DNA from: Dicyema japonicum
Taxonomy: Eukaryota; Animalia; Dicyemida
NCBI GenBank assembly: GCA_011109175.1
Contig: RDEW01000023.1
Location: forward strand, 159,225-223,224
Direction: 5' to 3'
Length of the DNA: 64,000 nucleotides
Below the pieces are notes generated by a model. It searched no databases. It saw nothing but the letters and a program-made list of their open reading frames with translations, and was not told where the DNA came from. The position numbers and the translations under genes are program-made. Positions 12,541-26,677 of the stretch are shown in pieces. Each line of letters opens with the position of its first letter. Position 1 is the stretch's first letter.

Positions 12541-14971
12541 TCATGAGAATAAAATATTAAAGAAAACACCGTTAATATTAATGATTCGAAAGATAATTCT
12601 AAAATAATAGGAATAATACATTATAGGATTCTTTAAAGCTAATGGCATATTTTTGTAGATCCTTGATGTTTGAAAGCGAAGACAGAGTTTGAATTTTGCT
12701 GAAGACATTTTTCGGCATCATCATTAAGATGAATATTTGTGCTACTAAATCAACAAATAGTACGTTCATAGTAAACCATTCGAGAAAATTCCCAAATGGC
12801 CCAAAACCATAGTCTTTGGTCTAATTCCTCATTTAAAAGGTTTACGAGTGAATCAATCGATCTTTTGTATAAATATATCTTACCGATAATATCCGTCATA
12901 AAGTGAATGTTCCATATTATCATTTGAACATGAAGCAATTGCATCAATAATATATTCAGACAAGCTTTTATTTTCTGAATCAAAATAATCAAAAATCTTC
13001 ATATCTTCAGTAGTATCACTCATTATGTTTGATAAAGCATTGCAGATGGCAACATAAATCTCTGGCCAATTATAGCCAAATACGTAGTCCCTATTAAAAT
13101 TACACAAAACACACAATAAATAGGTAACCAATCCACTATTCCGAACCAGAGGTCGAATGTTCTTGAATTTAGTTAGATTTTCGATATTAAAAAAAACTGG
13201 AAGTAGAAAGTAATCATGCAAAGTAATATCATTTTCAGGAAACTGTATAAAGAAGTCTAGAATGAGATCAATCCCTCCCAATTCAACAAACAAATTGGCA
13301 TTGTCGTTGTTAGCATCTAACACATAATGTAAACCAAAATAACCCAAAAGATACCACAAAATTCTCCAAGCCACATTACAGTAAGGAAAAGCTACTAGTT
13401 CTTTGTATTTTTAATATGATTCACAATTGACTAAATCGAAATAAACTATACCTCGATTGTTCCGTAAAATCCCAAATAAGACAAAACCTCAATACTTTGA
13501 CTCTTCATTGGAGGATGCATTACATCATAACGCTCCATATATTCCCCAATGTGCGTGTGAGCATCTTTTATGAATGTTTGAGTAAAAAATGAAAAAGACA
13601 AAAACTAAAATGAGCAAGCAAAATACAAAATTTGATAACTCCCAAGGTTTAATGCAACTCATAACTGTGTATAATATATATCTGAACTGAAAAGATATAA
13701 AAATGTGACTACCGTATGATCACAACAATAAGCCTTTAAAATAACAAGGATAGCTTCATAAATAAGGCTAAGTTAACATGGACTCGAACCATCGATAAGA
13801 TTCAGATATGTTCATTCCACTGATTTTGATTTTTAAACAATACCTATCAAGTCAACGTACGCGATTACATGATTTGTAGAATAACCTTGGTATTTTGTGA
13901 TGTTTTCAACAAACGGCAAATAAACTAAAATATAATTTCCAATACCCTCAAAAATCGTTTATAGAGAGACGGTCGAATATCAGTGACGCAGTCATTAATA
14001 TAAAGTAAAGTAGAACAAAGCAGCCCATCCTTATGCTCAAAGTGAAAAATTGAATTAACCAAATTATTTAGCAGTAAATTTGATACAATCTACAATTATT
14101 AATAATATCACATTGTCATTATTTTTAAAAAATTGCGATATTTTTTGGAAGCAAAATTTGTCAATCTTGTATTTTAACAGTTCTCTAAATGTCAACTAAT
14201 AAAATACGGGTTTAATAAACCATAATCAATCGAGAATCCAGACAAATCAAAAAATTCTAAATTAGTGGCTAATTTTAACAACGGTCTACAATCACAGCTC
14301 AGTTTATGCACATTTTTACTGTTTGTATACGAAAAGTATCTTAATCTAACAAAATAAAACTTTAGAGATCTGGGACTGGTAAGACTTTTGGAAAATTCTT
14401 CGAAATTGGATATCAGAACATTGTCAAAATTAATTCTTTCTAGTTCTTTGATCAGTTTGACTGTGCAACAATAAATTTTAGTTGGACTACTTCTTTCAAG
14501 AAGAGAATCTGATAAAAGTTCAAGTGACCTAATTTCATTGAATCCGCTTTTAAATAGCAAATGAAGTAAAACTGGGTCATCATATACCAAAAGAGTGAAA
14601 GAATTGACATTATTTGGAGAATACTTCAGATAAGGCGTATTCTTAGATGATAAAATTTTAGCTAATTTTATGTTCGTTAAATTTGGTAGGTTTTGGCACA
14701 AATTTGCTAAATCTTTAACATCAATTTGATTATTGGACAAATCAAGGCTGAAAATGTTGTAACATACTTCTGTGAGTTTGCTTAATATTGAGAAATCATG
14801 CAACACTGATAATATCTTGTGTGAATTTTGTGCTTTCAAATATTCTAATTCATAATGTATTCTTTTGCCAAACATCATCTTCGATTTTGAGCTTAATCCG
14901 CCATATTTATTCATATTAATGTTTTTTCGATATTCATTAATGCAAAGTGCATACAATGAAGGAATTTGCAT
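12541..14971 (-). CDS. ZYG11/ZER1-like LRR+ARM substrate adaptor (CRL2 family), about 10 micro-introns, one apparent frameshift
   Basis: N-terminus MQIPSLYALC followed by LRRs. Splicing 21-27 nt introns gives AWRILWYLL|DANNDNANLFVELGG and YYR|SIDSLVNLL...FWAIW, matching ZER1/ZYG11 ARM motifs (WSALWNITDE, YRSF, WA.WA). One nucleotide is needed at ~13402-13412. The 3' end is uncertain. Confidence 0.75.
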
Positions 14972-15574
14972 TATTTTTAAAAATTATAGATTTTAAATTA
15001 AAAAACCCAAATTAAAAAATTAATATAAATATCCGGAATTAAAAAAAATTTCTTTTATCTTTTTTACTTTAAGTTTTTCTTCTATTCTATGAATTCATAA
15101 ATTTATGCATATCATCGTGTGTCCGTCCTATTAAGTTAATTTTCAGTTAAGGCAATTTTTATAAGCAAACTTAATCGAGATTATAATAATATCTTTTTGA
15201 CATCAAATAAAAATTCAAAACTTGCGATACAGAATGATGTCGCGAAGGTGCATATACAATTTAAAAAAGTCGAAATTTTGATTTTTTTATTTATGTCAAA
15301 ATGATATTTTTTGGTTCTAATAAGACTTTTGCGACGTGGTCATGTTAAATGATATAAGAAGACCGAAAGTTCGATTTATTAAAAAATCATGTTAAATTTG
15401 AAAGTTTAAGTTAACGATGTCCAAAAAACTGTGCAATTTTACTTCCTGTAAATATAGACACTCTGGCCATATTGTGCGAGGCACGTGGTCTCGCATAATC
15501 TACTGTAACGTTTATCGAAGATCAGTTATAAAATAAGCATTATTGATCAATTTATATGTTCCCATAGAAGTCGT

Positions 15575-17335
15575 GTGGTCTTGGATTCGCCATTCACAGA
15601 AAACTATCATCTGACATAAGTCGCATTTGGCGGGTGAATGACAGGATCTGAGTAATACAGATTCACAATCAATGTTCCCCTAAAAATACACTAACGATTA
15701 TAAATGTATATGCACCACACTGTGGAAGAGTGGCAAAAAACCCGACCGAACTGGATGAATTCTACTCAGCATTATCAAAGACGAATAATGAATATGAGTC
15801 GTCCTCACTTATATCCATTACTGGCGATCTGAATGCGAAAATCGGAACAAAAAAGAACTCAGAAGATACCTTCATGGGAATACACGGACGTGGGAAAAGA
15901 AATTTGCCTGGGAGTATACTTGGCCATTTCTGCACGGCAAACAAACTGTTCTTGTGCAACACCGCATTCTTTCATCGTGCATGGGGCAACAACATAACCA
16001 CTTGGATGGGCGAACGAAGAAGAACCCAGAAGGAAAACTAGTCCCTATATACAACCAAATTGACTATATTATATGCCGGATCAATGACAAACGCTCTCTT
16101 ATAAACGCACGCTCATACGAAGGTTCAACAACTGTCAGCGATCACAGAATGGTTATTGTCACCTTCAGCCTGGCGAAACATGGTATCAAACATAAGAAAC
16201 ATAATAACATTACAAACAATAATATTGAGAATACAAGAAATGGATACGCAACAGGAAAACTGATCTCTCATCCAGACACAGTCAAAAATTACTGACCCCC
16301 TTTTTGAAAAAATCGCTACACTACTAAATGAAATGTTTTCAACTAACTAGACCTTGCCCCTGGGAACGGGATTACTAATACCTATACAAAAACTCAATAA
16401 ACTGAACGGACCGGTTGAAAACTTACGACCTATTATATTATCAAATTCTCTACGGAAAGTCTTAGCTAACATTGTATTGGAACGAATAAAAGGACCCATA
16501 TATGACTACCTACCGAAAAGTCAAAGTGGGTTCAGAGAAGGAAGATCAACAGCTGATGCAGTCTGGAGTCACAGATGGAGATGTGCAACACATCAAAGAT
16601 ATTGCAATGCCATCCACATTCTGGTAATAGATTTATCAAAAGCCTTTGACTCGGTTAACAGGAAAAAATTGATGACAGTGCTGGAAGGGTTTATTGACGA
16701 ATCGAGTCTAAGAGTGATTTAAATCCTTCTATCTAACACAGAGCTCCTTGTGAGAGTTGGAAAAACTTACTCAAGAAAATTTGAAACAAACACAGGCACT
16801 CCTCAAGGAGACTCCCACTCTCCCCTACTATTCACAATTTACTTGGAGGCCGCTATGAGGGATCTGAGACCATTATATCAAGGAAAAATTGAAGAAGTGA
16901 TTTATGCTGATGATGTCGACCTAATTTCTGAAGACAAAGAACTCCTGGAGCATGTACTAGAAAAAGCACCAGATATACTTGGGAAATGGTTTCTCGTGAA
17001 CAGGGAAAAAACAAGAACGGACAGAGATAAGACGAATGAACAACTCACTCGAAGAAAAATGGAGACACATAAATAACCTTGGCTCTCTACTAGGAGATAG
17101 CAAAAACATCATACGGAGAAAAACATTGGCAAATGCGGCATTACAAAGGCTTAAAAATCTTTGGCTAAAACGGAAAGGATATAACATAAAACAAAGGATT
17201 ATGTTATACGACACCTTCATCAAACCAATCCTACTATACAACTCTGGGACCTGGGCCACTTCTAAAAAAGGAATTGGGGAGGCTAGACTCATTTCACAGG
17301 AATCATCTAAGAAACATACCCCATCTTCAGAATAA
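15575..17335 (+). mobile_element. RTE-clade LINE, degenerate APE and RT
   Basis: GDLNAKIG, NQIDYI, SDHRMV, NLRPIILS, GTPQGDS, YADDVDL. Confidence 0.92.
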
Positions 17336-17924
17336 TCAGAATAAGATTATTTTCAACATACAAAGACGTCATCGAATTTTTCATTTATTTTATCATTTTT
17401 ATTAATTCCATACGCTAATAGGTGTATCCGCTTAGTAATATGGACATCTTTCGAAAATCTCATGTGTTTGAACGAAGCAATAATCCAAACCAAATTCAGA
17501 GTCCACAACTGTTAAATGGAATTGCATTGTTTGAATTTATCACACCACAGAAAGCATAATGAGGACTTGAGATCTCCAATACTGAAGATCATAGTGAACG
17601 TGCTTGATTAGGGGGCATCATATTGTAAACTAAGCTAAACATAGTTGAAAAAAGGATAAAAAAATACTAGGGACTCACAATAATAAATTAAAAAAAAGGC
17701 TCTTAGAGAAGAGTTCAAGTTTTAAAAATGACTTATGACATTTTTTTATTTATTTAGGAAGGTTTTCTGAGATATCGGAAAATAAGAGAAAATAAAACCA
17801 ACTCATTAAAAGTCAATTTTCAGGACTCAATTGTGGTCCGTTGGATTTGACTACCCATCATAATCAATTATTCTATTTTTTGTTATCCCATTCTTTGTTC
17901 AATTAACATTGTTTTATGTGCTCC

Positions 17925-18040
17925 TCCTTTCTCAAGACTGTCAGTGCCAAAACGACATCAAAAGGTCATTTGTTTTCATTCTTTGGAAAAGTTCCCATAC
18001 TGTGATTCTGTATGGACTTTTGATGTGTTCTCTAATATGT
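17925..18040 (+). pseudogene. Possible TFIIA gamma-like remnant
   Basis: SKGHL followed, after a frameshift, by YCDSVWTF, resembling KGHL..Y.FCDNVWTF. No N-terminal helices were recognised. Confidence 0.25.
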
Positions 18041-19019
18041 TTGTGGGAACATTGTTTACTATTATCTTACTTCTTATGTGTCGAATTCAAGATATCACCA
18101 AAATATCATTTCAGTTAAAAGTAACGTTATTTGCATTATTTACAAAATCAATTATGTCCGTGATTAAAAGTATAATTTTACATTATTTAGTTGTTTAGTT
18201 CACAAAGGTTAGAAGGGAACATGATATTAAAGAATCAGTTATGTCGTTTGACATTTTCTATGATAATTGACTTGAAAAGTCTTTCGTACAAATTTAAATA
18301 AGTTTCATTATTTGACTCACTCGTTTCAAACCATTTCGACCTTGTAAAAACTGAACGTTAAAATTTTAGGAACCAAATCGCTTTATTCTACATTCCATCA
18401 TATATTGATATCAAAAAAAGTAATAGCCGAAAAGGATGACAGAACATTTTCACACATCTCGTAAGAGGTATAAGCATTCAATCCGGAATGCAAGTTTTTT
18501 GACTAATTTAATAATTAATTTTATTAACTCAAACAAACTAAAAAAAATTATCAGTAAACAGCTAATTGAGGACATTCAGTCCCCACAGTTTTCGAGCATG
18601 GTAGTGGAACGGATCAAGTGTTTTTTTCTGAGGACACGTACGTCCAGACGAGGCTTTGAAGTTAGAGTGTGTAAACTGCGAACGAATCTAGGGATACTGG
18701 CAGAAGTTTTAATAAAACGTAATCCTCCATAAATATCGCTACGACTTTGTCTTTAATAAAAATGTTGTTACATTTGTGAGTTGACTCAATAATCACAAGA
18801 CCAACTAATATTCAAAGACAAATCAAAAAACAATAAAAAAGATTTAAAAATATAAAATAAAAATTAATAGTCAAATTCAATTTTCCTCATTTCAAATCCA
18901 ATGAGTAATTCAATCTCCTCAATTGGGAATCTAACACGAATTCCCTTATCCACCATCACACTTACAACCTCTTCCAAAGGTGAATACATAAGGAACCATC
19001 CAAACTAAAAAGAACAGGA

Positions 19020-19265
19020 TTACGAAAGAATGACAAGCTTTTGTTAAAAAATTACCATTTGCGTGAGTTGTGAGAGATGTCACCCTTAACATATTTGAAG
19101 AACATCCTCTCCGATTTCAATCTTCTGCTCTCAAGTGCCTTCACGACGCTTCTGTAGTTTTCTTAATATCACTGTTTGAAGTCGCTAATTTTTGTGCAGC
19201 TCATGCCAAGAGAGTCACCATATATCTCAGTGATCTAAAAATTGACTCAGAGATTACGATTGTAA
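19020..19265 (+). pseudogene. Histone H3 family histone-fold pseudogene, CENP-A/CenH3-like
   Basis: DKLLLK-LPFA*VVRDVTLNIFEEHPLRFQSSALKCLHDAS..FLISLFEVANFCAAHAKRVTI..DLK-LTQRLR. TGA at 19064-19066 replaces the conserved Arg, and there are two A-run frameshifts. Loop 1 is longer than in H3 and H3 Q68/T107 are replaced by Ala. Confidence 0.8.
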
Positions 19266-20414
19266 CTTTGAACAATTTCTAGTTAATGTTTGATTCTTTT
19301 TTATTTTTAGCATTTTTACCAATGATTAGCCAATATTTGAGGACATGTTGTTTTTTGGAGAATAACAATAGACGAACAATCGCTTGCCATCATGTGAGTG
19401 AATGCGTTATATCCTTCTGTGGAATATCCAACTGTTTTACGAGATATTGAAATGATCATGTACTGCCAAAGATGATTATTAATCTGAAGATTGAGAGTCT
19501 GCTAGTGTTTTCTCGGATATGATATTGGACAATTGGATTAGAGTCATTGTACACATTCGATGTTTATATGGAGACCAGAAGAAAATAACTACTACCAATA
19601 ATTTTAATATTTTAATTTCTGTGTCGATACCTTCTAAAGAACTATTGCTGAGGCTTTGTTGGGGGAGTTTATACTATAGAAAAGTCAGTGACAAATTGAT
19701 ATCACGTAAGGAGGAGGATCTCTGAAAGTAATAGGCTCCGCTCTAAGATGAGACGTTGTGTAACACTCAACCGCAACGCTTTAACAAGAAACTCTGGATG
19801 CATAGAAACAAATCGATGGTTTATTCGAAAAGTTGGTTGACATATGGGAAATGGAAGCTAAAATTGGATAAGAGAAATCCTACTTTCTGTAAGTTCAGCA
19901 TTATGTTCCAAGAAATCTGATCTAGCGTTATCGTGTTGGATAGATCTGATGGAGGATTGTCCTTGCATGAGGAAGTCCCATTTTAGCCGCATATTAAACC
20001 GGATATTGAATGTAAACCCCTTGGACATCATTTCTGGAGGTTTTATCTATACTATGATACAAGAACGGTCAAATTCTGAAAAAGTAGAAGTACATTCCAG
20101 CAACAATGGTCGGACTTGATTATATGAAAATGAACATTTTGGATTTAGTAGATCAATCCACTGAGGAATATTATTAATCCTGAAAACGAAAAAGAAGTTA
20201 AGTTTTGAGTGATATTATGTATAAATTTCCAAATTCATACTCTGCAACTTTTTAGAATTCAGGAAAGTGGCAAATTTCATTTTGAAAAATAATAATATAG
20301 GTGGATTTTATCCATAAAAGATTTTATTATATTATTGTTACATGATCTCCCAACATCAAAGATACATAAAAGTAGTCTTAATTTCTACTGACCTCATTAA
20401 TAGGGAGAATCCTT

Positions 20415-20620
20415 GGAGACCAATACCATTTCACCCTCATTGCTGTGGAGACAACTGGAACCGTGGGAGCGAAGACGGACGCCTCTCTCTCCTGCATTGG
20501 AAGCAAACTCGCCTCAAAAAAATGTGAGCCACGGGAGGGACTCTGGTTGAGGCAGAGGCTCGAAATGGCGATTATCAAAGGTAACACCTTCGCCATTTTA
20601 TCGTCCTACTTATTTTCGAA
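20415..20620 (+). mobile_element. CRE-like 3' end fragment
   Basis: IAVETTG...REGLWLRQRLEMAIIKGNTFAI. Confidence 0.8.
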
Positions 20621-21409
20621 TAATTGTTTAATTAATATAAAAAATGTTTTATTTAAAAAAATTAATAGACTTTATAAAATGGAAATTTTGACCTAAAAAT
20701 TGACTTTAAAATATTAAAATTTTAGAATTTTCTTGATGGTTTTGGTTTCATTGTGGTCTTGGGTGTTCCAAGAAGCGAATAGTTTGTTAGATGCTAAAAG
20801 AATTATAAAAACTTTATAAAATCGACCTATATTGTTATTTCCAAGAAAATGAAATATGTCACATACCTAAAGTCGAAAAAGTGACTGCTGCCCAGACGTC
20901 TTTGCCTATCAGCATGGACCAGCAGAATTCTGAAGAGAAAACTTTTGTGACTCTCAAGAAGGAATAAAAATAGGCCATATAAAGATCCCATTCTGAAACG
21001 ACTGAATTGATTTTTTAAGGCTTGTAGCGTAGAAACACCTGCACAGTTAGAGTCCATTCCAAGTGCTGATAAAGGAAAGTGAAATAGGAAAATTCATTTC
21101 TTGATCTCCAAAGACAAAATAGTCTGGTCAATCGATCGGGCCAGTGACTCGTCTCTAGCACCTACACAGACCTCAAAGGATATAATCTGTACTTGTGACC
21201 TCCAAAAGAAATAACGAAGGAATTAGTAAATCCCGATAGAAATCACAATGTTTGGGTCTCAGACAGTGAGGGCAAACCCAAGAAAACAAATGTTTCAAAG
21301 ACTTCATCGATAGCTTTACACGTGCAGTGTGGAATTCACATTGCGAGGCCAAAGTTTAGACAGAGAAAAAATGTTGAAAATCAATGGCTTAAACGAAAAG
21401 TGATTATCA

Positions 21410-21665
21410 CCAAACTAAGTATATTGGTATACGACTTGCTTATATAATCTTTTTTTATACAAGGCTGGGACCTGGGATACCTCAATAAAGGAAGAGCACA
21501 GGCTGGAGTCTTTTCACAGGATTCACCTGAGCAAATAACAGGAATTAATTGGCCAATCAGAATCTCATGCAAAAGAATCTACAGGGAATGCGGCTGTTAG
21601 CCAATTATCATGGAAACAATTAAAAGACCAGAAATTACCATTTAATGATACGGAGTGAGGAACTC
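21410..21665 (+). mobile_element. RTE C-terminal remnant
   Basis: EEHRLESFHR.HL..ITGINWP.RIS, homologous to 34600-34812 and 57400-57720. Confidence 0.7.
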
Positions 21666-21949
21666 TGGAAAGGAATTCTCAATAATCGAAAGACGTGTCC
21701 ATGCATCTACGAGCATTCGCTAATGCACGAAATGCGATTGTGTGGATTCTATGGATGTAAAGACGACCACCCAATCCATCTTCCAATGTGACTTCCGGTA
21801 TCAAAGTGGTTAGTGTCGATTTGTCTTGATTATAAAACATGGTAAATGATTCTCTAGTGACTATTTTTTGGATGGAGTTTTTTTCAAGTTTTACAAAAAA
21901 CTTAATTATATAAATTGAACTAAATTGTTGGCGTTTTTTAGGAAATAAA

Positions 21950-23143
21950 TTATTCATTTAAAAAGACTAATGAAATGTTTTCTTGAATTTCTTCGGTATG
22001 TGATTTTGATTTGATATAAACAGTAGCTATGCTGCCACTAATAAGTAGTAGTCCGACAACTCCGCATACGATTCCAATCATTACATGTATCCGCCGTTTT
22101 TTCGGGGTTGGTGGTTTTTTAAAACATGTTTCTTCTAAAATTCAGTTGATTAAATTACCAAATCCGATAAATCCAAAATTCAAATCATTGCGGAAAAGTT
22201 GTAATTTAAAAGATGAAATTTCAATCGACATTCCATTGGAGTTGTTTTGTGAAATTAATCCGCAATGATAGTGATTGCCTAGTCTAATCCATTTGAAGAT
22301 TCGATCTACATGCAAACATTTAAGTTTCTTCTCATGTATGAAACAATAAACTAATTCAAAAATGTAATATTCATAAGCTGAATTATGTGCCAAAATAAAT
22401 ATTGAGGAATGCTTATCAGTCAATCTAAGCTCAATATGATAATTATCCAATTTATAGTAAGGCTCTTCCCTTTCGAAAAACTCATCCCTTATCTAAAAAT
22501 CAACCTACACGTTACAATGTTGTTATTTTTGATATATGATATTTTGATTTTTGCACTTAGAGCTCCACGGATTGTATCATTTTTAACTATAAACCAAATC
22601 GGTGTATTTGGGTCATTATTTGGGTTACAGTCATTCGCTAAGTAAATTATAATTAAAACCTTTTCCAGTAAAATATTCCAAAGAATTATTCTTGTAGAAT
22701 TGTAACTTCATAAAATAAATTATAAAAGAAAATTTATTAGAAAAACTAATAGGAATTGATCCACAGCGGTAGAAATCACCATATTTAGTTTTAGGAATCA
22801 TTGTGTTTCTAGTATATCGTTTGCCATCTTAAATATACTAAGAACTTACGTTGAAACATTTCTAATATTAATTCGACAGTATAAGATTCATTTTTAAATG
22901 TTGGAAAAAATTTAAAGTATACGAAAATATTTTCTAAACACGGCAAAACATTATCTCTTCTTCTTTGCTTCATATAAATCCTTGTTCATATTAAATTTTT
23001 TCTTCTAGAGTAAACAAAATATAGACAAATTCAGAAATATTCGGACAGTTCATATATGCCTCAAATAATAGCCTCCATTCAGATTTTAATGTGTCAATTT
23101 TGCTCAACAAAAAAAATACAATAAAATTATTAATCAGGTTCAT
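21950..23143 (-). CDS. Two-domain LAMP-like type I membrane protein, paralog A (one +1 frameshift near 22950)
   Basis: Signal-like MNLINNFIVFFLLS. Domain 1 KYGDFYRCG...KLQFY...TGK|ANDC. Domain 2 RLGNHYHCG...SFKLQLFRND..FG..|EETC. TM MIGIVCGVVGLLLISG. Five introns of 22-24 nt. Confidence 0.7.
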
Positions 23144-23329
23144 GTAATCAATTATAATTTAAATTAGGTTCATGTTTTATTTTAATTATTTATTTTTTAA
23201 TACAACTATTTATCATTTATATTTTTTTATTTTATCATTCAGCAATGTTCATATATTTTACAATATTTTTTTTTTTCAATGTAGCCTTGGAAGCAAAAGT
23301 CTTTAATATGCCCATTGAAATACAGACGC

Positions 23330-24030
23330 CTTTGACTAATGACAAGAAAATTACAGTGAAAATCTTTGTCACATGGATTTCAAACTTCCTTAATGAAAGA
23401 GAGAAGGGTAGTTTGCTGTGCACTAAATCTGTACATACATTTCTGCCAAACGGAGTCCCACAAAGGTTTCCTCATTAAATCATTTTGTTCAACATCTTCC
23501 TGAACGATGTGCCTTCTACAATGATGCACTTTTTTTCGTATAACAGTTCATCTTCAACGTTCTTATACAATCTTTCTAAAAATATTCAGATGTTATCCAC
23601 ATCTCCTTATTCTTTTTTGAGGTTCTTAAGCTCAGCCTCAAGCATCTCAAAAAGCTTAATTTATGTCAACGAAGTATTCCTCAATATAGTATATCCAATC
23701 GTTATTACTTAGAACTTCCAACCCATGACAATGACTCAGCAATTAGCAACAAAATAACTATAAAAATTAATTACGTATGCGGAAGTCACCATGCTATTAT
23801 AAAAACTCAAAAATGATCAATACCCAAGACCAACAATGTCAACCCATAATTTTCAAATATGGACCACTTTAGTAATCAATAAAATTACTACACTTCTAAA
23901 TGCTATATTTGCCAGAAAGGAAAACCTTTCCATTGGTTCTTCTGAACTACTAATACCTATCCAGAAACCTTGGTCATTGGAAAATTTACTCCTGATAATC
24001 TCTGATCTGAAAATCTGGAGTTGGTTACGT
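23330..24030 (+). mobile_element. Degenerate non-LTR RT fragments (GVPQ/LFNIFLND piece, then an RTE-like LLIPIQKP piece)
   Basis: WISNFLNER, NGVPQ, LFNIFLNDVP, INKITTLLNAIF...LLIPIQKP. Confidence 0.6.
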
Positions 24031-24699
24031 TGAATGGCTTCGAGACACGTAAAAAATTCATGAAATTTTCCTATTCTCTGTGTGTCTTATCGGTGTTCAG
24101 TCTAGTGTCTCATCGCGTCTGTCACAAGCACTAGTTTCTTGGACTCTTAGTCTTCTCTCTCCACATCATTTCGAAGGGCGTAGAAGTTTCTTCTGATCTG
24201 CATATGATGTAGTATATTTGATTAAATGTTGATTATTTTTTTGTCGAACAAATCATTATTCCAGACCACGTTTTTTTTATGACTAGAAGGTATTAAAGCA
24301 TGTTTGAATAAAAAAACTAAATCTTGACAGAAGTCGATTCAAGGAAGTTTCAGATCCCTATTATCTTTTTGGACTCCTTCATTTGTATTCTAGTCTTCTG
24401 CAAAAATAGATTGACATTGCTTAGACTGATGAAGATCCATCACTAATCGACAGAAGAAAATTGAGGAGAAACCGAAGCTTTTTTATAAAGTCAGTTGGCC
24501 TAACACTAGAGAAAATTTACTGTGGTAACTAAAGGGAATTAAATATTTTAAAAATTTCTGATAAAATATTGTTTATTTGGAATGCTTTTTTATTCACTAT
24601 TGACCCCACTGTTCTATTAAACTTTTATTTTTTTAAATTTTAAATTTATTGAACCAAAAAACACCGTCATAGATAAAATGAAAAAACTCAGGTGATTCT

Positions 24700-24950
24700 G
24701 CCGCAGTCTTAGAATGCTCGGTCTTGAAGGAAGTGCCGTCCAGAGGGAACTCCTTTGGATGGTTGTTGACTAATGGTCCTTTTTGGATATAATTTAGGAT
24801 TATATCTGGCGACACCAGAGATGGTGAACCACACGACGCACGCTAACAATTCAACGCTAAATTCAAGGGAGGGGAAGAGGAGAAGAATCAAAAAAATATT
24901 CTTCAATTCATGTAGCTACATGGCACCACACTAACTTTGTCGGCAAACTT
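24700..24950 (-). mobile_element. CRE-like remnant
   Basis: Nucleotide similarity to 46550-46690. Confidence 0.6.
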
Positions 24951-25053
24951 TTATTAAGCATAATAATTGAATTTAATACAACAAATTATATGGTCGTTCA
25001 TTATTTGTTTAGGTTTATTATTTGTTATTCTTTTTATTATTAAAAGAGAAATT

Positions 25054-25378
25054 CTAATCCTCTTACGTCTCTTGCTTTCTCCTCTAGTAAAGATTTTGGT
25101 CAACTCTTAGTATTATTTTCTTTCCCGATAGTGCACAAAAATACTCATACATTGTGCATCAGAGGACATACTTAGGAGCAGATATTTCTATCCACTTTAA
25201 TTTTACAAAGTAACGATTAACATCATATCATCACATAATAAATATTATTGTCTTAGCCCAACTACTACTGTTTGCAATAGCTCTTCATGAGTAATGTAAT
25301 ACTAATCCTTTTACGTCTCTTTGCTTTTCCCTTCTAGTAAAGATATTGGCCATTTCTTAGTATTATCCTCTTTCACTT
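25054..25378. repeat. Diverged ~75 bp direct repeat, copies 248 bp apart
   Basis: ctaatcct..tacgtctc...ctagtaaagat..tgg...cttagtattat at 25054 and 25302. Confidence 0.6.
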
Positions 25379-26677
25379 TATCGGCTGAAACGCATACACA
25401 TATAGTATTTCCACCGTAAAAGTTCCATAAAATTCACAAACGCCTACAACTGAGACTTATGTGCCATCTGGAGCAATACTGGACGAGGCAACTGACAATC
25501 ATAAATCATCCTTCCAATAAGATCAGGATATCAGATCAGCGAACCTACCTGGACATTGCACTCTGTTCCCATTTGGTTTTAAAAAAGTAAATCGTTGATC
25601 TATGACACTAGTGGTGACCATAATCCAATTTTGTTGAAGATCTGTAAAAGACCTTCCGAAAAAAATCAATATTATTTATAAAAAATGATGTACCAAATGA
25701 GGATTTAAGATTATGTTAATTTGTCGATTAGAATAAGAATGATCGTTTTGTGCCTAAAGTGATTGGTGTCCATTCAAAATACGGTCTTAATCTGCAAAAT
25801 AAAATTGGGATTGAAGTCGAGGGAAATTCTGATGATATTTTTCATGGAATCTAGACCATGCACATATTTGCAGTCAGATATTGGAATAGGATTAAAGAAC
25901 TTGCGCTTTACCAAACTATGTCAAAGATACAAATTAATCAGATCCGTGGAAGGCTGAACATTCCTTTAAGTCAGAGGAAATTATCCAGTCAAGGAGTTTG
26001 TTGAAAATGTTGAACTCTTATTACGAGAAACGTGGATGAAACACACTCAAAAGGCTGTGTTTTGCACAATCAGAGGCCTCACTTATCTACAGGTAAATTA
26101 GATTTTTAATTGTTTAGGTGTTAGCAATTTCCAAAGATATTAAGTTATTCTTGGAATCAACACTATTGTGCAATCTAATATTCAAGAAAAACAAGACAAT
26201 TCAAATATAAATGAATTGGAAGTCCAAGAAAAATCCAAAACTCATAATAAGGGTTATTCATGACCAAAGATAGTGAATCCAGTATAACTTTAAGAGAGTG
26301 AATATGTAGTCTCATTGTTATATAAGAATGAATAAAAGGAATTCGTCGATGTTGAAGATATTGTATATATTTTTAAATACATAGAGGTTCGTATAAAAAA
26401 ATTATGGATTTAAAGAAATTCGAGCTTCCACATGATGAACAAGTTATCATTGTTGCAAAATTGTGTCCAGTTTTGTAAACGTTAAAGATTGTGACGGTTC
26501 CATAAAAAGCACACTCAAAAAGCCTTAAAATGGTTAATAATTATCTTTAGCTTCCTTTGTAAAAACTGTCTGACACCGAAATGGCCCCAAGATATTCCAA
26601 ATTAGAGGTTTCTTCCAAAATGTGTCTTAAAAAGTTTAGTACTAAATTTGAGGAAATCAATTTTCTTAATAATTAAT

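Noticed and set aside
15230-15345. Possible MITE from short inverted gtcgc/gcgac motifs
   Set aside because: No clean TIR pair or TSD could be defined.
21679-21957. ORF with a PDZ-like EVTLEDGLGGRL
   Set aside because: Only a few residues resemble the motif, and it lies in degenerate sequence next to an RTE remnant.
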